Made by a program: the position numbers and the translations under genes. A DNA stretch of 64,000 nt from the NCBI GenBank assembly GCA_012295275.1, contig CM022670.1, forward strand, positions 11,222,001 through 11,286,000, in the 5' to 3' direction. The stretch comes from Chrysomallon squamiferum. Taxonomy: Eukaryota > Animalia > Mollusca. The notes beneath the pieces were generated by a model that saw only the letters and a program-made list of their open reading frames with translations, searched no databases and had not been told where the DNA came from. This document shows positions 1 through 15,042 of this stretch, in pieces (the first letter of the stretch is position 1; each line of letters starts with the position of its first letter).

Positions 1-1919
1 AAGACCACTCACTACTAAGACAGATTTTTCTGTGACTCTAACTTCCAGAATGAAGTTCAAATGTCTGCCACATGCAGGACACATCTCCAGTTTGCTTACA
101 GCTTCATTCTATTAGTCTGGTTCAGAGTACAAGTTATTTCATTCACAACATAAAATTCAGATGCTGTGGGAACACTAATAGCTAACAGCATGGACCATTA
201 TTCAGTTAGATAAATGGATTTCTTACGATCAGATGAAAAGTTTGATAACGGTTTGTGATAATTAAAATTAGTTTGGACTGCAAACACTGTAAATATGTTA
301 TCTCTGAATCCTGCTTTCAGCCCAAGGCCATGGACAAAACTTGAGAACCTCAGAATGCAGAAGCAGAACATATCCTCATAGTGAAATCAATTCTCCCTGA
401 CCATGCTTCACAATCCATTGAAGACAAACATTCCTTAATTACCATCATCTTTTCTTCTGACATCCTCATTTCTTTGTCATTTTCAAACATCAGATCATAC
501 ATCCGAAACAAATCTAACAATTTCTGTCACTTCTGATCTTACATTCATCTCTTCCATCAAAGTGAAAGAACATTTATACATCTGAATATATTTGATTAAA
601 TCTTATATTTATAATAGCACCTGGCTTTAAAAATGTAATAAATGTAAAAAAAAAAAAAAAAAACTGTAAAAAAAAAAAAAAAAAAAAAATACAAACAGGA
701 TCTGTGCTAAATTAAGTAAGAGCAGGAAATCAGCTGATCAGTTGTCACTTCCATTAATAGTTTTAATAACTTCCTTCACTTGTGTTATTCAGCTTACTGC
801 CAAACTGAATAAATTTATACATTGGCTAAAACAAATAATAAATCAAACAATACAGATATTATAGATATATATATAGATATATATAAACTCAATTCACATT
901 TTTGAGATAGCCAGCCTATTACAGATATAACAAAAAATTAACAGTTATTATATTCACAATAATTCACCTCAGAATTAAATATTGTCTGACAATGAAAACC
1001 TTTCAAAACCAACAACTGGTGATACAAAATTATTAAAAACAGGTCATTTTTTTCCATTTTACATTATTAACATACATAAAAAAAAAAAAATATGAATATT
1101 TGCATAATTATATCACTCCAGAATGTAATTAATTGCCTGTTTGTTTTGCTGGGTTACCTAGGCCACATTAGACTTCGTTTAAAGCTAATCTGTATTGCCA
1201 TAAAAACAGAAAATGGAGGGTTATACAACAAAATATCGCTGTTTGTACCTAATTATTCAATTCTACAGATTATTAAGTCGTTCAGAGATCATACAGCTGA
1301 GAAGAATACTACATTTTAACAAATCTTTTTATTTATTTTTTATTTTAAAAACTATTCACTCAGCACAGATATTATTATCCTGCAATCTCACACGCTGATA
1401 GATTTAAAAAAAAACCAATGATATAGCTAGGATTAGCAATCTTTTCAAAGCATAGCAGTCATGGCAATTATCTTCTTTTAAAAACAAATACCCGAAACTT
1501 TAATTGAGTTTGAAACAAGATGTCGCCAAGGTTCAGTTAAAAACAGGCTTACATCTCTCACCTGTTTGTTGCAATAACCTCTTCACACTAACAATTTATT
1601 TAAGCTATGTTACTTTCTAATCTTTCTTTCCACTCCTTTCAGAGTTGTATTCATTACAAAGAATTACTGTGATAGTCATTTTACTGTCCTGACATATGTA
1701 GAAAAAGAAGAAAAAAATAAAGAAAAAGAAGAATTTTTTTTTTTTTTTTTTTACACATTTTTCACATTACATTCATGCAGTGGGTGATGATATAGACACA
1801 GAACAATGCAAAAAGTGTCACCTGAGAAGTTATGTCGGTTCAGATGTCATGCTTTGTCAGCAAATTTTTTTTTTTTAACCTTACAATATATACTGTAGGT
1901 AAAACACAGGTAAAATGCC

Positions 1920-2000
1920 AAGTATGAAAATGAATAGCACTGACAATAATATAAAGTATTTAATTATTTAAAAAAATAAAATAAAATAAATAAAAAATTC

Positions 2001-2044
<44 letters not shown>

Positions 2045-2232
2045 ATATGAAGAAACCTGTAATATTAATCATGAAAATGAATTCCACTGACAATAACATA
2101 AAGCATTTAATTTTAAACAAATACTTTTTGTTTTCTTTTTGTTTTCTATTTTGTGTGACTGGTAATATAAAGAAAACTGTAATATTAAGTATGTAAAGCA
2201 GTACACTGAATTAATAATGTAAAGCATTTAGT
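1920..2232. repeat. Three degenerate copies of a ~45-bp motif separated by low-complexity sequence and a (GT)n tract
   Basis: ATGAAAATGAAT..CACTGACAATAA.ATAAAG.ATTTAAT near 1923 and 2071, weaker near 2190. Confidence 0.55.
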
Positions 2233-2634
2233 GTTTTTTTGTTTTTTTAAATTACTGTTATTTGTATATAAGTAATATGGGTAGGAAACAAACAAAAATT
2301 ATTATATTATATTGTCAAGCAAACTTCATGCTGAAGATTACCAGGGTTTTCTGGACTAAGACTTAACACAGTTTATATACTTAAAATAAACAATGAAAAG
2401 AAAAAAATGAAAGGGTAATTCATACAAATTAATTCTCTTCTACAGTCAATTGTCTGGTCTGGTACATATAGTACATCTTATTGACTATGATAAAACTCAT
2501 ATCATTATCAGTCAGGTCTGGTGCATTTAACTCATTATCATTATCAGTCTGGTCTGGTGCATTTTATTAATTATGATAGAACACATATCATTATCATTTA
2601 ACAATAAGAAATCATTTAAATGCTTGTTTCATAA

Positions 2635-2730
2635 CCGCTACAGAACAATATGGCCTAATATGAACACCACAAAAGATTGATCCTGTAACCAGTGACACCT
2701 CAGGTCAGCACTCTACCATTAAGCATTAGA
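2635..2730 (-). mobile_element. Degenerate tRNA-derived SINE head fragment
   Basis: Minus strand reads gcttaatggtagagtgctgacctgaggtg...caggatcaatc: A-box-like and decayed B-box-like motifs at tRNA spacing, without a complete cloverleaf. Confidence 0.45.
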
Positions 2731-3727
2731 CTTCTTCATCATTTCATTTTACTCAGCTCTCAGTGAAAATGGATTCATTGCCTGACACAAGACAATTCTG
2801 TATGTCACTGCTTTAAATAAAATTAACTTTTCTCATTTTGACTGCAACCTTTTTATTTGATTAATTTCACTTTTTTTTTGTATTCATTGGCAAATTTGCA
2901 ATATGTCTAAAAAAAAAAAAACCCACATGAATCATTCCACAAGAAAATCTGATACAGAATAATTGGCACAAGAGATAAAGAAAGGTCCTGTGTTAAATTA
3001 ATTTCATTAATCATCTGCTTTTTTTTTTTTTTTTTTGATATGTACTTTTCTGTGCTGGTTTCAAGTTATTCTTTTATCTTGTTGTTTTGTTTCTGTTCTT
3101 TCAGTTTTGAAATCTTTGGCACGATTCCATATAAGAGAGTAGCCAATGCCATGTCATTAGTTCTTGATATATAGTGCTACATATTTTCTTAATGAAATAT
3201 TTTGAAATACAGAGCAGAAGTTTTCACCAGAAATGCCAAGAAATTAATCAGAATATTGAAAAAAATATATTTTTACATCAAATTTAAAAGAAATGTTTTG
3301 AAAGAATATTTTAAAAAAAAAAAAAAAAAAAAAATCTTTAAAAAAGAAAAATGAACACACATGAAATAAAATTGAAAAAGGAAAAGAACAAAAAAGTATT
3401 GACAATAAATGTAATTTAAAAAAAAAAAAAGTCACTTTGATAAATTTAGCCATTTTAATTACGCAATCATGTGAGATTTATGATGTCATTAAAATGAAAC
3501 AAAAGTTTTAGTGTAAATAAATAGCTTTCACCAACATGATCTGTGCATGTTAAGATAACATATCTGGCACTTAAGGTAAAAATAATCCCTGTTCTGAAGT
3601 CTGCAGATGTTAGATACCTCATATTTAAAGCAGACAACAGTTGAACGTTATTTAAAAAAGACAAACAGGAAAACTGAATTCTATTTAAAACACTGGGGTA
3701 ACCATGCATTCATGAACAAGTGGAAGG

Positions 3728-3731
<4 letters not shown>

Positions 3732-3784
<53 letters not shown>
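3732..3784. repeat. (GT)n microsatellite
   Basis: Read directly. Confidence 0.93.
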
Positions 3785-3790
<6 letters not shown>

Positions 3791-4461
3791 GCACACATGA
3801 GAAAGTCTGTAAAATGCAGAAAAAAATTTAAAACAGAAGAAAACAAAAAAAACAATTCTTTTAAAATCGAATAACCGAGTAAGAATATTACTATTATTTT
3901 TATTTCTTTATTATTTCCTTCATTAAAAACAAAAGAAAAAAAAAAAAAGAAAGAAAAAGGATTTTCCCTATACCATTTTTGTTAACTATAAATACTCAAA
4001 TTACTTTTGACCACAAAAATGTGAGAAAAGAGACACACATGAATTAAGTCTAAAATGACAGATATTTATCAGAAACAGGAAAAAAACGTTAAGAGAACAA
4101 ATATTCTCACAACCAGAGACACCTGGTGCCACTGCTGAGTTGCTGGACATGTCACTTGGTTACAACAAAGAAAGCTTAGCTGTTAGTTTTATTATCTCAG
4201 TACCGCCACTCCTACGACGTATACTTCAAATATATTGATATACTGCTGGAGACAATGCAGTGTGCTGTTGTTGACAGCGTTGTAACAGCTGCAGTGTAAC
4301 AGCGAATTTAAGCCGGATTCTTGTAAACTGAATTGTATCCTCGCATTGACCCACCAAACTTACAACACCATAAACTATAAAAAGTAATTTCGTCTTCTGT
4401 GCTTATCGTGTTTTTAAAGTAATGAATGAACATTTATTTATTTAATCATTATATATATTTA

Positions 4462-4513
4462 CATGTGTGTATGTACAGGTATTTGTGTATGTATATGCAT
4501 GTGTGTATATGTA

Positions 4514-4576
<63 letters not shown>

Positions 4577-4640
4577 ATTTATGTGTGTATGTATGTATGT
4601 ATGTATGTACATGCATATAAAAACTCACACACACACACAT
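4462..4640. repeat. Compound (GT)n/(AT)n/(GTAT)n microsatellite
   Basis: Read directly. Confidence 0.9.
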
Positions 4641-6097
4641 GTACCTTCCACGTGTAATTATTTATTTTCTTACTTACGTAATCATTTGTTTACTCATTTA
4701 TATGATCATTTACTTTATGGATGAAAACCAGTCATTCATAAAAAAAAAAAAAAATGTTACAAGGATCAAAGTAAAAAAGATTATAAAGTTAGCACTAGAA
4801 TGCAGAATGCAACTAAACATCGTCTTAATATGAATAATTCTGAAGAATCCAAGATGGCCGCAAATGTCCACGATAATGGTCAAAGGCTGTAGTATTCCCA
4901 GTCACTAATTAAAACATCAGTCAGCAGTTATCACAAGATGTGGGTAATAAGTAACAGCCAGACAGATGTGTGTCCTGCAATCACTGTCATCGCATGTATT
5001 TAAACCGACCTTTTCAGGACAGAAATGTGTCAGATAAGGGAAAGCAATTGTCCTGATTCAGTTTCATTCCAAATCCAATTTTACTGCACTGCACTCAGGG
5101 AAATACAGAGAACTCTCATTTCTAAACTGGTTCAAATCCTTAAACTCAGTCAGCTTTGTTTGTACAGAAGCTAGTAAAACAGTCTATCCAGCTTTCGTGC
5201 CAATTTTTAAAAAAAAAAAAAATGTTCTATTAATATAAGGTACAACTTAAATATCAACAAAAGATAACCAATGTAATAACTGTTGACAGTGACAAATGAA
5301 TAATTGTATAAAAAAAAAGCATTTTTTTGATTGCAAAACCATGTCTGGAAGTGTGGATGAATGGATGCCAGTGATAAATAGCATTATTTTAATCACACAC
5401 AATTACACTGAGGCATGGGTGAAGTTTCTGACAGCAAATCAACATGGATGTTGTTCTAACATTTTATGGCTTAATAATAACTGACAGTTTGAAACTAACA
5501 AAACATCTTTTTTTTTTTTTTTTTTAATCTTTTAATTTTATTTGGCACATTACAAAAATCAGATAATATATCAACATGACAAATACATGTAATAAATCAG
5601 AAAAAATCTTTGATCAAGGTCACAACAATGAGTTAGATATAAAATATTAATCTTATTTTGACTGGCAGCCTGAAAAACTGAAGCCACTAATGTAATAAAA
5701 AAAATAAAAATAAATAAATATAAATAAAATAACAGACTTCAAAACGTGTGCTGTTATTGTCAAAAGGCAAAGATGGAATTCTGGCATGCACAGACAAATT
5801 TCACTCTCTAGGGTTTCTAATGGATAATTCAGTTAAGTTATTGATTCTTTTATTTTTGCCCACAAAACACTGAATAAAAGTTGTACTACGGTCATTTTTA
5901 TTTGCAGCTATAGTGATTAACACAGTACTTGTGAGACGCTGGACGATTACGCCAATCAATAGTCAGTATTGATTATCTATCATGTAAACAAATAAGGAAA
6001 GAGATGCTCTGAGCCCAGGTTTGCTGCTTCGCCGAACTGATGAGGACGATTCAGTGAAATTTATTATTCACCAAGATGAAGAGAAATAAAGCTGATT

Positions 6098-6113
6098 TGT
6101 GTGTGTGTATATG

Positions 6114-6152
<39 letters not shown>

Positions 6153-6207
6153 ATATATATATATGTGTGTGTGTTTGTGTTTTTGTGTGTATATACATAT
6201 ATATATG

Positions 6208-6249
<42 letters not shown>

Positions 6250-6335
6250 TATGTATATATATATATGTATGTGTGTGTTTGTGTGTGTGTGTGTGTGTTG
6301 TGTGTGTATATGTGTGTGTGTGTGTGTCATATATA

Positions 6336-6368
<33 letters not shown>

Positions 6369-6523
6369 TGTGTGTGTGTATATATATACATATGTGTGTG
6401 TGTGTGTGTTTGTGTGTATATAAACATATATATTTATTTTTGTGTGTGTTTTGTGTGTATATATATGTATGTTGCATGTGTGTGTGTGTGTTTGTGTGTA
6501 TATATTATATGTATGTGTGTGTG
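6098..6523. repeat. Compound (GT)n/(AT)n microsatellite
   Basis: About 425 bp of alternating GT and AT tracts; source of the CVCV/THTH ORFs. Confidence 0.95.
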
Positions 6524-6693
6524 ACTTATATTCAGACTTCGTAAAGGTGTTGAAGTAATAAAAATAATTAAGATTTGACAGAAAATTACAAAAGAATGAC
6601 AGTAGATAAACTACAAATGAAAAGCAATAATCATTTTTACATACCTTTAAAAAAAAAAAATTATATTTTATAACAAAGAAAATAAAAACTCAC

Positions 6694-6739
6694 CTGAGCA
6701 TAGTCTTTTTCTAATATAGACCTCTGTCTGCTGAAAGTC
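6694..6739 (-). CDS. FCHSD2: FCHSD/nwk coding exon 3 (TFSRQRSILEKDYAQ)
   Basis: 46 nt, tttcag acceptor, gtgagt donor, phase 2 to 0; F-BAR R..xEKxY motif. Confidence 0.9.
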
Positions 6740-6846
6740 CTGAAACAGACAGAAATAAAATTAATAAATATTAACCTAACCTATAGAAATATCTGTCATT
6801 ATTTAATTTAACTAAACAAAATAGATTAATTCTAAAACTAACATGG

Positions 6847-6940
<94 letters not shown>

Positions 6941-7083
6941 ACACACACACTAATCTACGTCACTAATACTATTTGTTAATTTATGTTACATATTCAAATA
7001 AAATTAATTACAAAATTACACACTGATCTCTCTCTCTCACACACATACACCACCATCACACATGTACAAATACACAGATATAC

Positions 7084-7116
<33 letters not shown>

Positions 7117-8782
7117 TTACATAATAACTTGTATACTACACACACACATAAAATTATCTATTTCATTAAAGGATTAACCTAAAAAGTAGTCATCCATGAA
7201 AAAAACCACATAACAAACATCAAAGCACTCCAAAGAGGTGATAAAGTTAACAACAGAATGCAGAATGCCAAGACAAATATGAAACAATCTTGAGATAAGA
7301 ATCTAAAAATGCTTTTGAGTTAGTTCCTGTTTTCAGTAAGAGGAACAGGGTAAAAAAAAATATATATGTTCTAAAACCATAAACAGAATACCACTGATAT
7401 CTCACAAAAGTAGTATATGGAAGACAATATTTCCTTAAAACAAAACTGTGTTTTAAAAACTAAATTCACAGAGAATAATAAAAGATATTTTGAAAAATTT
7501 CAGTTAAAAAATAGTAACAGAATTTTATATTTGTGATGTTCACTTGAAAGCAAATTGTTTGTATTTAAAAAAAAAAAATAAAATAAAAAAAAATAAAAAA
7601 ATAAATAATTTTTCTATTTTGTTTTTGCAATTTTGATTTAATTTATTTGATGTGTATGTGTGTTTTTGTGTGTGTGTGTATATATATATGTATATATATA
7701 ATAATAATAAAAAATAAATATATATATTTATCTTTTCTCCTCTTTTTTTTATTTTTTATTTTTTTATTTTTTTTTTTTTTTTTTTTTTTTGTATGGATTA
7801 TAAAATGTTTTTCAACTGATCATCATTTAGTTTTTACTGTTAAGGAATCCCGTTCTTAAACAAAATGTATCATCCTTCAATAAATCATAATCACTGAATA
7901 CATATTTACTATCTCAGAATAATTCCCATTTTATATATATATATATGAATATGCCTCATCATCACATACTAAATGAACACTGTAACTCCTGCACAACATC
8001 TGACCTGTAATCTATCATGAACAGCATTAGCATTCCTCTGTAATTAGAGGATATCATTTTGACCAAGAAAATTAAAAAAATTAATAATAATCACAATATT
8101 TGGAATGTACATGTGCTTGTTTTTATCAGAATGGCTATCTTAGCTTCTGACAGTTTACTGGAAATCTCAATGGTTTAAAATAAATTTTAATTTTAATTTT
8201 TTTTTTTTTTTTTTTTTATGGCCATTAACATTTTATTTACGCTGAGATATTTTTTCTAATAACTTCACTCATGCTTTATCTTTTCAGCAAACATACCTTT
8301 AAAAGAAGAAAAGAAAGTCAAAAAGATATTATAAAGGAAAGAAATGCTCAAAGATCCGATCTAAAAAGATGATAAATGCATGCAATAAAGGTTAGTTTGT
8401 TTCAAACAAGATCCTTTTTTTTTTTTTTCTCCAGTCAAAAGCAACAGGACATAAAATTAATTTAGTTTAAACTCTGTGCACTGACTTCAGAAACTGCTGA
8501 AAGGTAATTTAAAATTACACAGATGGACGTGTGTGGCTGTGTTTTAAACTAATTACAAAAACAAATTCAAAATGTCAAATTACATGACTCAGAACAATTA
8601 CAAACGATTCTATCATAATTTATGTGCATTTAAACTGAGTCACAAAAAGAATGTTATACCATATTGTTAAGATAAAAATCTATTCTGTTGTTTTTTTTTG
8701 CCTAATATTTTTCTCCAAAAGCAAAATTTAAAAAAAAAAAAAAATAATAATAATAATAATGAAATAAGCTACAAAGATGAGG

Positions 8783-8813
<31 letters not shown>

Positions 8814-11559
8814 ATCCATAGGTGGTCAAATTAAAATGATTAATTTGAGTCTGAGACTGAGGCAGCTAAATAATGGTCTATTGCTAGGATCCTGACCAAG
8901 ACTGACCAAGACTGACCAAGACTGACCTCAAGTGTCAATATTTCAGACAGCTGAAAATCACAGTAAGAGTCAACTTGGGATTAAACAAGGGAGTCATTTT
9001 GATCTTTTGGAATAATGTTAAAGCTGTTAATAAGAATACCAACCTTTGAACAATACTGTAAACATTTTTACTTGAATTTCATAAATGGTTCAGGCTGGTT
9101 TCAGCCATGACAGTCAAAAAAAAAAAAAAAAAATTTTAAAAGAGGAAAAAGAAAAAGAGAAAAAACAAAATGAAAAGAATATAAAGCATTATAACTAAAA
9201 TTCACAATTTTCCACAAAATATTGTAGCTCTCTAATGATTATCAACCACACCAGTTATTTTAGAGATGTCAAACATCAATAAAATCAATAATGTTTGTTA
9301 ATGTGTTGTTTTAATTAGAAAAAATGCTAGAGATTGATAAAGGATTCTGCATTCATTCTATAATGGCCTCACTTTTATCAATATAAAGGACTTGTACCTT
9401 GTTTGTTTTTTTTTGTGGTTTTTTTTTTAAAATACAACAGCACTGAATCATATAAAACAATCCAGACCATCACTAAACTGGAATTCATCCAAAATTTAAT
9501 GATTTTGGAAGCCTAACAATTTTATCAAGAAGCTAAATGTAAACCTCAGTAAACTCTCCAAACTGAACATTTTTAGTTTCTCCATTCATTGTTTGGTTTC
9601 GAGAAGTTTCGTGGTATTAACAATGGCTGGTCTATAAATTCAAAGGAAACAATAACTCGAAAATACATGCGCTATATTCAGACTGTTTGTTAACAGACCA
9701 TATGCTCACTTTAACCTATTATATAAATATACATCGTGCCAAATAATAGCATTAGTACACCTCATTCCATGTAATCAAATCATGCATAATTTATGTCTCG
9801 TGTTTTTTTGTCTAAAACAAGACCACCTTGTCTACCCTGACATTGTACAATTACTGTCTGGATCAATCTGATACTGAAAATAGAAAAATGCTTTAAAAAT
9901 AGTAATTAATTTTTATTTTCATATGGCTGACACCTAAAGAAAAGTTAAGGGATTTAACAGAAAATGAATAATATATCTGCTGCTCTTTCTCTAAAATATA
10001 TATTTTATTATTATTATTGTTGTTATTGTTGTTGTTTTCTTTTTGTTTCTTACTTTATTACTATTATTTTAATTTTCTAATGCTGAAAGTCATTAATATT
10101 TTTCAGTCATTTAACATTATCACTTGAAAACAATACAGAACCAAGTTTAATAAGATCACATGAATGTTTTTCTGTCAAGCTAATCTTAAAACATTTTCCT
10201 CCTTATTATGATCATTCTGTTTACAAATGAACATGCATTAAAGGTACAAAAACACAGTCAGTCACTTAAGTGTGCATATATAGCCAGTGAAAAATAAAAT
10301 ATATAAACCTGACTAAAATGTGACTATCAACACTGATGTATATTTAAATACACAGGTTAAAAATCAGCTACTCCATTCCCTCTGAATACCAGTGATATTA
10401 TTAAACAGATATTTGGTTATAAACCAGCCTGTCCTATCCCCACTGCAATCTCTTATCAAGATAACAAACATTAGTTTTTTTAGAAAGTATTATTTTTAAT
10501 GGTATGCTGCATTTGCTGATAAAGCTTCATGACTGCATATTCTAATTTGATCAGTTGAATAATATTAATATCAGAACTAGAACAGCTTAAATAGCATCTG
10601 TTACTGCTGTATAAACGATTACTGACACTGCTGGTTATAATACACTCAATGAAAATCTTCACTGAAATAATAGTATATTATTATATTAATGTTTGAAATC
10701 TTCAGCAAAAAGCATCAATACCACTGACAGTGGTATTATGTAATCAGTGAAAAATCTTCAGTGAAATAATACAATAACCATAATATAACAAATATAATAA
10801 TAATGTTTGACATGCTCAGTGAAATATGAAATTAATGATTTAAAACAACACAAAATAAACAGCTGAACTAGTCATCAACTTAAAAAATAAAAATTTGATT
10901 TATTCTAATTTTGTCTTCTGCATCAACAAACATTTCATCACTACATTTTTAAACTTCATAAATAAATATTATGACAAGATTTTTTTCTTCTTCTTCTTCT
11001 TCTTCTTCTGCAGAATATGATTCCTTCCATTCTCAAGGCAAAGATAATATTTCTAAAAATGCTCCTAGGTAAAAAGGGTAATTTTCTTTTCTGAGAAACC
11101 AGCAGTTATTATTACAGTGAATTTAATTGGTGTGAATTACTATATATAAACACAAGTCTTAGAACTTGGGTTTTTTTTTTTTTCCCTGAAACCACAAACA
11201 GCAGCAGATATTTTGAGACTTCTCAGGAACCATTTCAAACTCTTCAGGTGCCATGGTTAATTTTAAATATAATTAATTCAATGCTATTATTAGCATTAAA
11301 AAGTCATTCATAAGAAATTTAAACTAGTTTTAATTCTTTAGATTATCAAGGAGAAGAAAATGGAGAAAGATGAAAAACATAATTGGGAAATTAAAAACAT
11401 ACATCTTGGCAATAAACAGTGGTAGTATTTATAGATTTCTGGAAACTGATATTATAATGGGTACAAAAAAATAATGTTCAGTAGTAACTGCTAAAAAATT
11501 AATTAAACTGTGATGTAATTCAGTATTGATATAAAACAACTGTACACATAACAATATTA

Positions 11560-11609
<50 letters not shown>

Positions 11610-12874
11610 TTGAGTGAATATTCACATTTATGTTAAAATAAATATAGCTATGATTTTAAACTCTGAACTATTATGAAAAGTATATTTTACAAATTGTAAT
11701 GGACTAGTTTACCTTTACTATCCAAATGTCTGAATTTATTTAAAATGTGAAAAATAAAAATAAAACAACAGGTGGGACATAACAAGAAATCGTGGACTTT
11801 ATTTATACAAACGTTTGAAACGTGTAACAACTCATTGTCTGATACTGCTGCCACTGTGCTAGTGTATTTTGCTTTTTTGTTTGTTGTTGTGTATTTTGTG
11901 ATGCAAACCCATCAAAACTTCACACCTAAAGTCAGGTGTCAAACAGCCATCACAGCAGTATTGACCAATGAACTGAGTAATTTAACATCAGCAGACTCAT
12001 GATATGTTAACAGATGACTGATTTCATTGCTCTATCATAAAACTTCAACATGAGAAAGTATACTTTCAGTTTCATCTCATTAAAAACAAAACAAAATTAA
12101 TTGTTTCCTAATATATAATATGCTTAATTTGAACCAAATGAAAATAAATATTGCTTTTGCAAATAAAAATGTCAAAGATACAAAAGTAATGTTTGTTTAT
12201 CATCAAAAATTCTGTAAAAACTGATACACTTTAGTACAGAATTATTATAAATAATAATTTATTATTTTATCCTGTAAGGAAATGCAAATGCAAGAATATG
12301 ATCTAATTTAAAAAAACAAAACAGACATTAATAACAAATATAAACTATATACTGTCCTCACGAATTCCCATTATTTTTGTATCAAACAACACTGACAGCA
12401 TGTTCTAGCCGAGATTCATTAGAAAGTTGTTGTTTTTTGTTGTTGTTCTTTTCCCAAGTATAATGAAGAAGGCTAAGAACAAAGAGAAATGATAGTCACA
12501 CTGACACACAGCAGTGTCTGATACAGAATTAGGTCTTCATGGAGACACTAGCTGACACTGAAATCAAAACACACTGTTTATGGCTATTGCTCCATATCTG
12601 TAGCTGTATTTTTGCTATTTTTATGTTATTACTACACAGCCCAAAAATATAAATAAATAAAAAGAAGAAGAAAGAATAAATAACCAAATTGTTATTCTCC
12701 AACTAATTCCTTTTTTTTTTTTTTTTCTGTTTGGAACTCTGATATAATGTTTTATTCAGAAATTGTCAAAGTAATCTAATAAGAAGACAATTTTATAATT
12801 CTGTGTTCTGGACAGAACATCAGCATATATAATAATTATTATTATTATTATTATTTTTACTATTATTATAATTA

Positions 12875-12936
<62 letters not shown>

Positions 12937-14832
12937 TCTTGTTAATATTTTTCCTTTTAATGAAACAGCCATTTTTTTCTGAACAAATTACCAAATTTAG
13001 GTGCCATTTTTGTATTATTATCTCAAATGACAAAGGTTGTGGCTAAGCTCAGCAAATGATGTGTACGACTAACACATTATTCTACCAATACCACTAAGAC
13101 AACTGAGTTAGTTAGCGTGACGCAGAACTGTCAAGTCACTGCAGCAAACCCGTCGGCCATTTTCAGAGACAAAACAAGCCAAATCCAGTTTCTGTCCAGA
13201 AGTGCTATACAACAGAAAGAGGCCTCTGTATCAGATGACTAACAACAGAAACCTCCATATCAGATATCTTGTTGACAGACAGAAAGTAACAGCCCAACAA
13301 AAAACATTCTTCAAAAAGATTTATTTACAAGGAAATATTCAGCACTAATGGCTTCAGTTCAACTTTTTCTCTTATTTTTTATTTTTTATTTTTAAAATGG
13401 AAGGAACTGAAAAAGAATTATTGTGTTATCAGTATCATATTTCAAATTTTTTCTTTTTTGTTGTTTGTTTTTGCAGTGAATGTCTTTTTAATGTTAACAA
13501 TTAATATTTCAGTTCATGTGATTATTACACAGAGAAGAAAAAAATATATGATGACATTCTATGTTTTTAAGGAGGGTTTTTTTTTTAGATTCAGGATTAT
13601 ATTTTTTTTAAAGCACAGAAAAGTAAATAAATAAATAAAATAAAATAAAATAAAATTATTTCAATAATAAAAATAATTACCATAACTTTCAAACATGAAC
13701 AACAACAAAAATAATTTAAAACTATAAAAACAAAATGAAATGAAATAAAAATAAAATAAAATAAAATAATTATAAAATGTACTGTGTAACAAATATAAAT
13801 AACACTTGAAACATCTGAATATATCCTATTCAGTGATATCTTTATTTATCTGCACTTAATAATGGACCCGCAGTCACACATAGTTGTCCATCATAACAAA
13901 AAATTTATTTTTAAGGCATTAGAAATTATGTTTATCTACTTAAGTAAAACATTACATAAAGTATTTCCTAATGTTTGACACAGTGATGATGTATTTGTTT
14001 ATAAATAATATATAAATTATCTTCATTGCTTAGCACAGACATGATGGATTTGACCTGTACAGTCCTGGTTGCATACCATCATAACTACACAGTTACTAAC
14101 CAGACATGTTGATAACCTGAACACACTGAATGACATTAGCCATCATAAAAATGACCTGTATTCAAAAGGGCACCAAGCCCACAACTTTTTCCTGCCACAA
14201 ATTGCAGACAATATTTAACGAGAGTTGTTCTCACACAGAAAGATGTACCATTCCTCTCCTTTGATCAATAAATAATTTGAATAATAATGTGACCATCATT
14301 TCTGCAGTTGGTCATCCAAATGAGGGTATCACTGATGTGTTTAATATAATCAAGCTGAAAGTTATTAAGTTATTATTAAACCCGTCTGTGTGAGTTAAAT
14401 GTGTTGTGACACTGAAGATCAGTGAATGTTAGATTGTGACATTACAGGCTTACTGAACATAATAAATGGATAAAAGGAAATATTTATTTGTCTAATGAAA
14501 TGAAATTAGTGTAAAGCATTTATTGACAATATAAAGAAAATTATGAAATGGTTGTTATTGATGAAAAGATTTTTTTTTTTTTTTTTTTTTTTTTAATAGT
14601 GAATATTAATGAAAGATATTTTCAGATAAAACAATTTAAAAAGAAATGATCTTATTAATAATTGTTTACAGCTCTCTAATTAAATAAATACTTCACACAC
14701 CTGTATTTTAAGACTGATTCAAGAAAAGTAATCAGATGTGTTTTAGAAAATAATTAATTATATTAAATGCAGGTTCACTGATATGAACTGAGCAGTGTAT
14801 TTTCTATTTTTTTATTATTATCTTTTTTTTTT

Positions 14833-14886
<54 letters not shown>

Positions 14887-15002
14887 CACACACATACACA
14901 CACACATATATATAAATATATATAAAATAAAAAATCTACATTTATTCAGTTTCATCTATAAATTCGTATCTTTTTTCTTTATCCAGATCTCTCAGCATTA
15001 TC

Positions 15003-15042
<40 letters not shown>

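Noticed and set aside
348-527. Stop-free minus-strand stretch of about 58 codons (KLLDLFRMYDLMFENDKE...) considered as FCHSD exon 4
   Set aside because: No resemblance to the expected F-BAR continuation (xLxKLAxQYL) and no matching splice sites; exon 4 probably lies outside the window.
1562-1587. 26-nt AG..GT segment (CEEVIATNR) in FCHSD intron 3
   Set aside because: Does not match the F-BAR sequence; such segments arise by chance.
6020-6075. CTGATGAG...GAAA resembling a hammerhead ribozyme core
   Set aside because: Stem II (GGACGATTCAGT) does not pair convincingly, and I found no stems I/III with a NUH cleavage site.
6068-6544. Long ORFs of 108-147 aa (CVCV/THTH)
   Set aside because: Translations of a GT/AT microsatellite; the same applies to the ORFs at 4426-4724, 14795-15157, 15872-16189 and 18861-19178.
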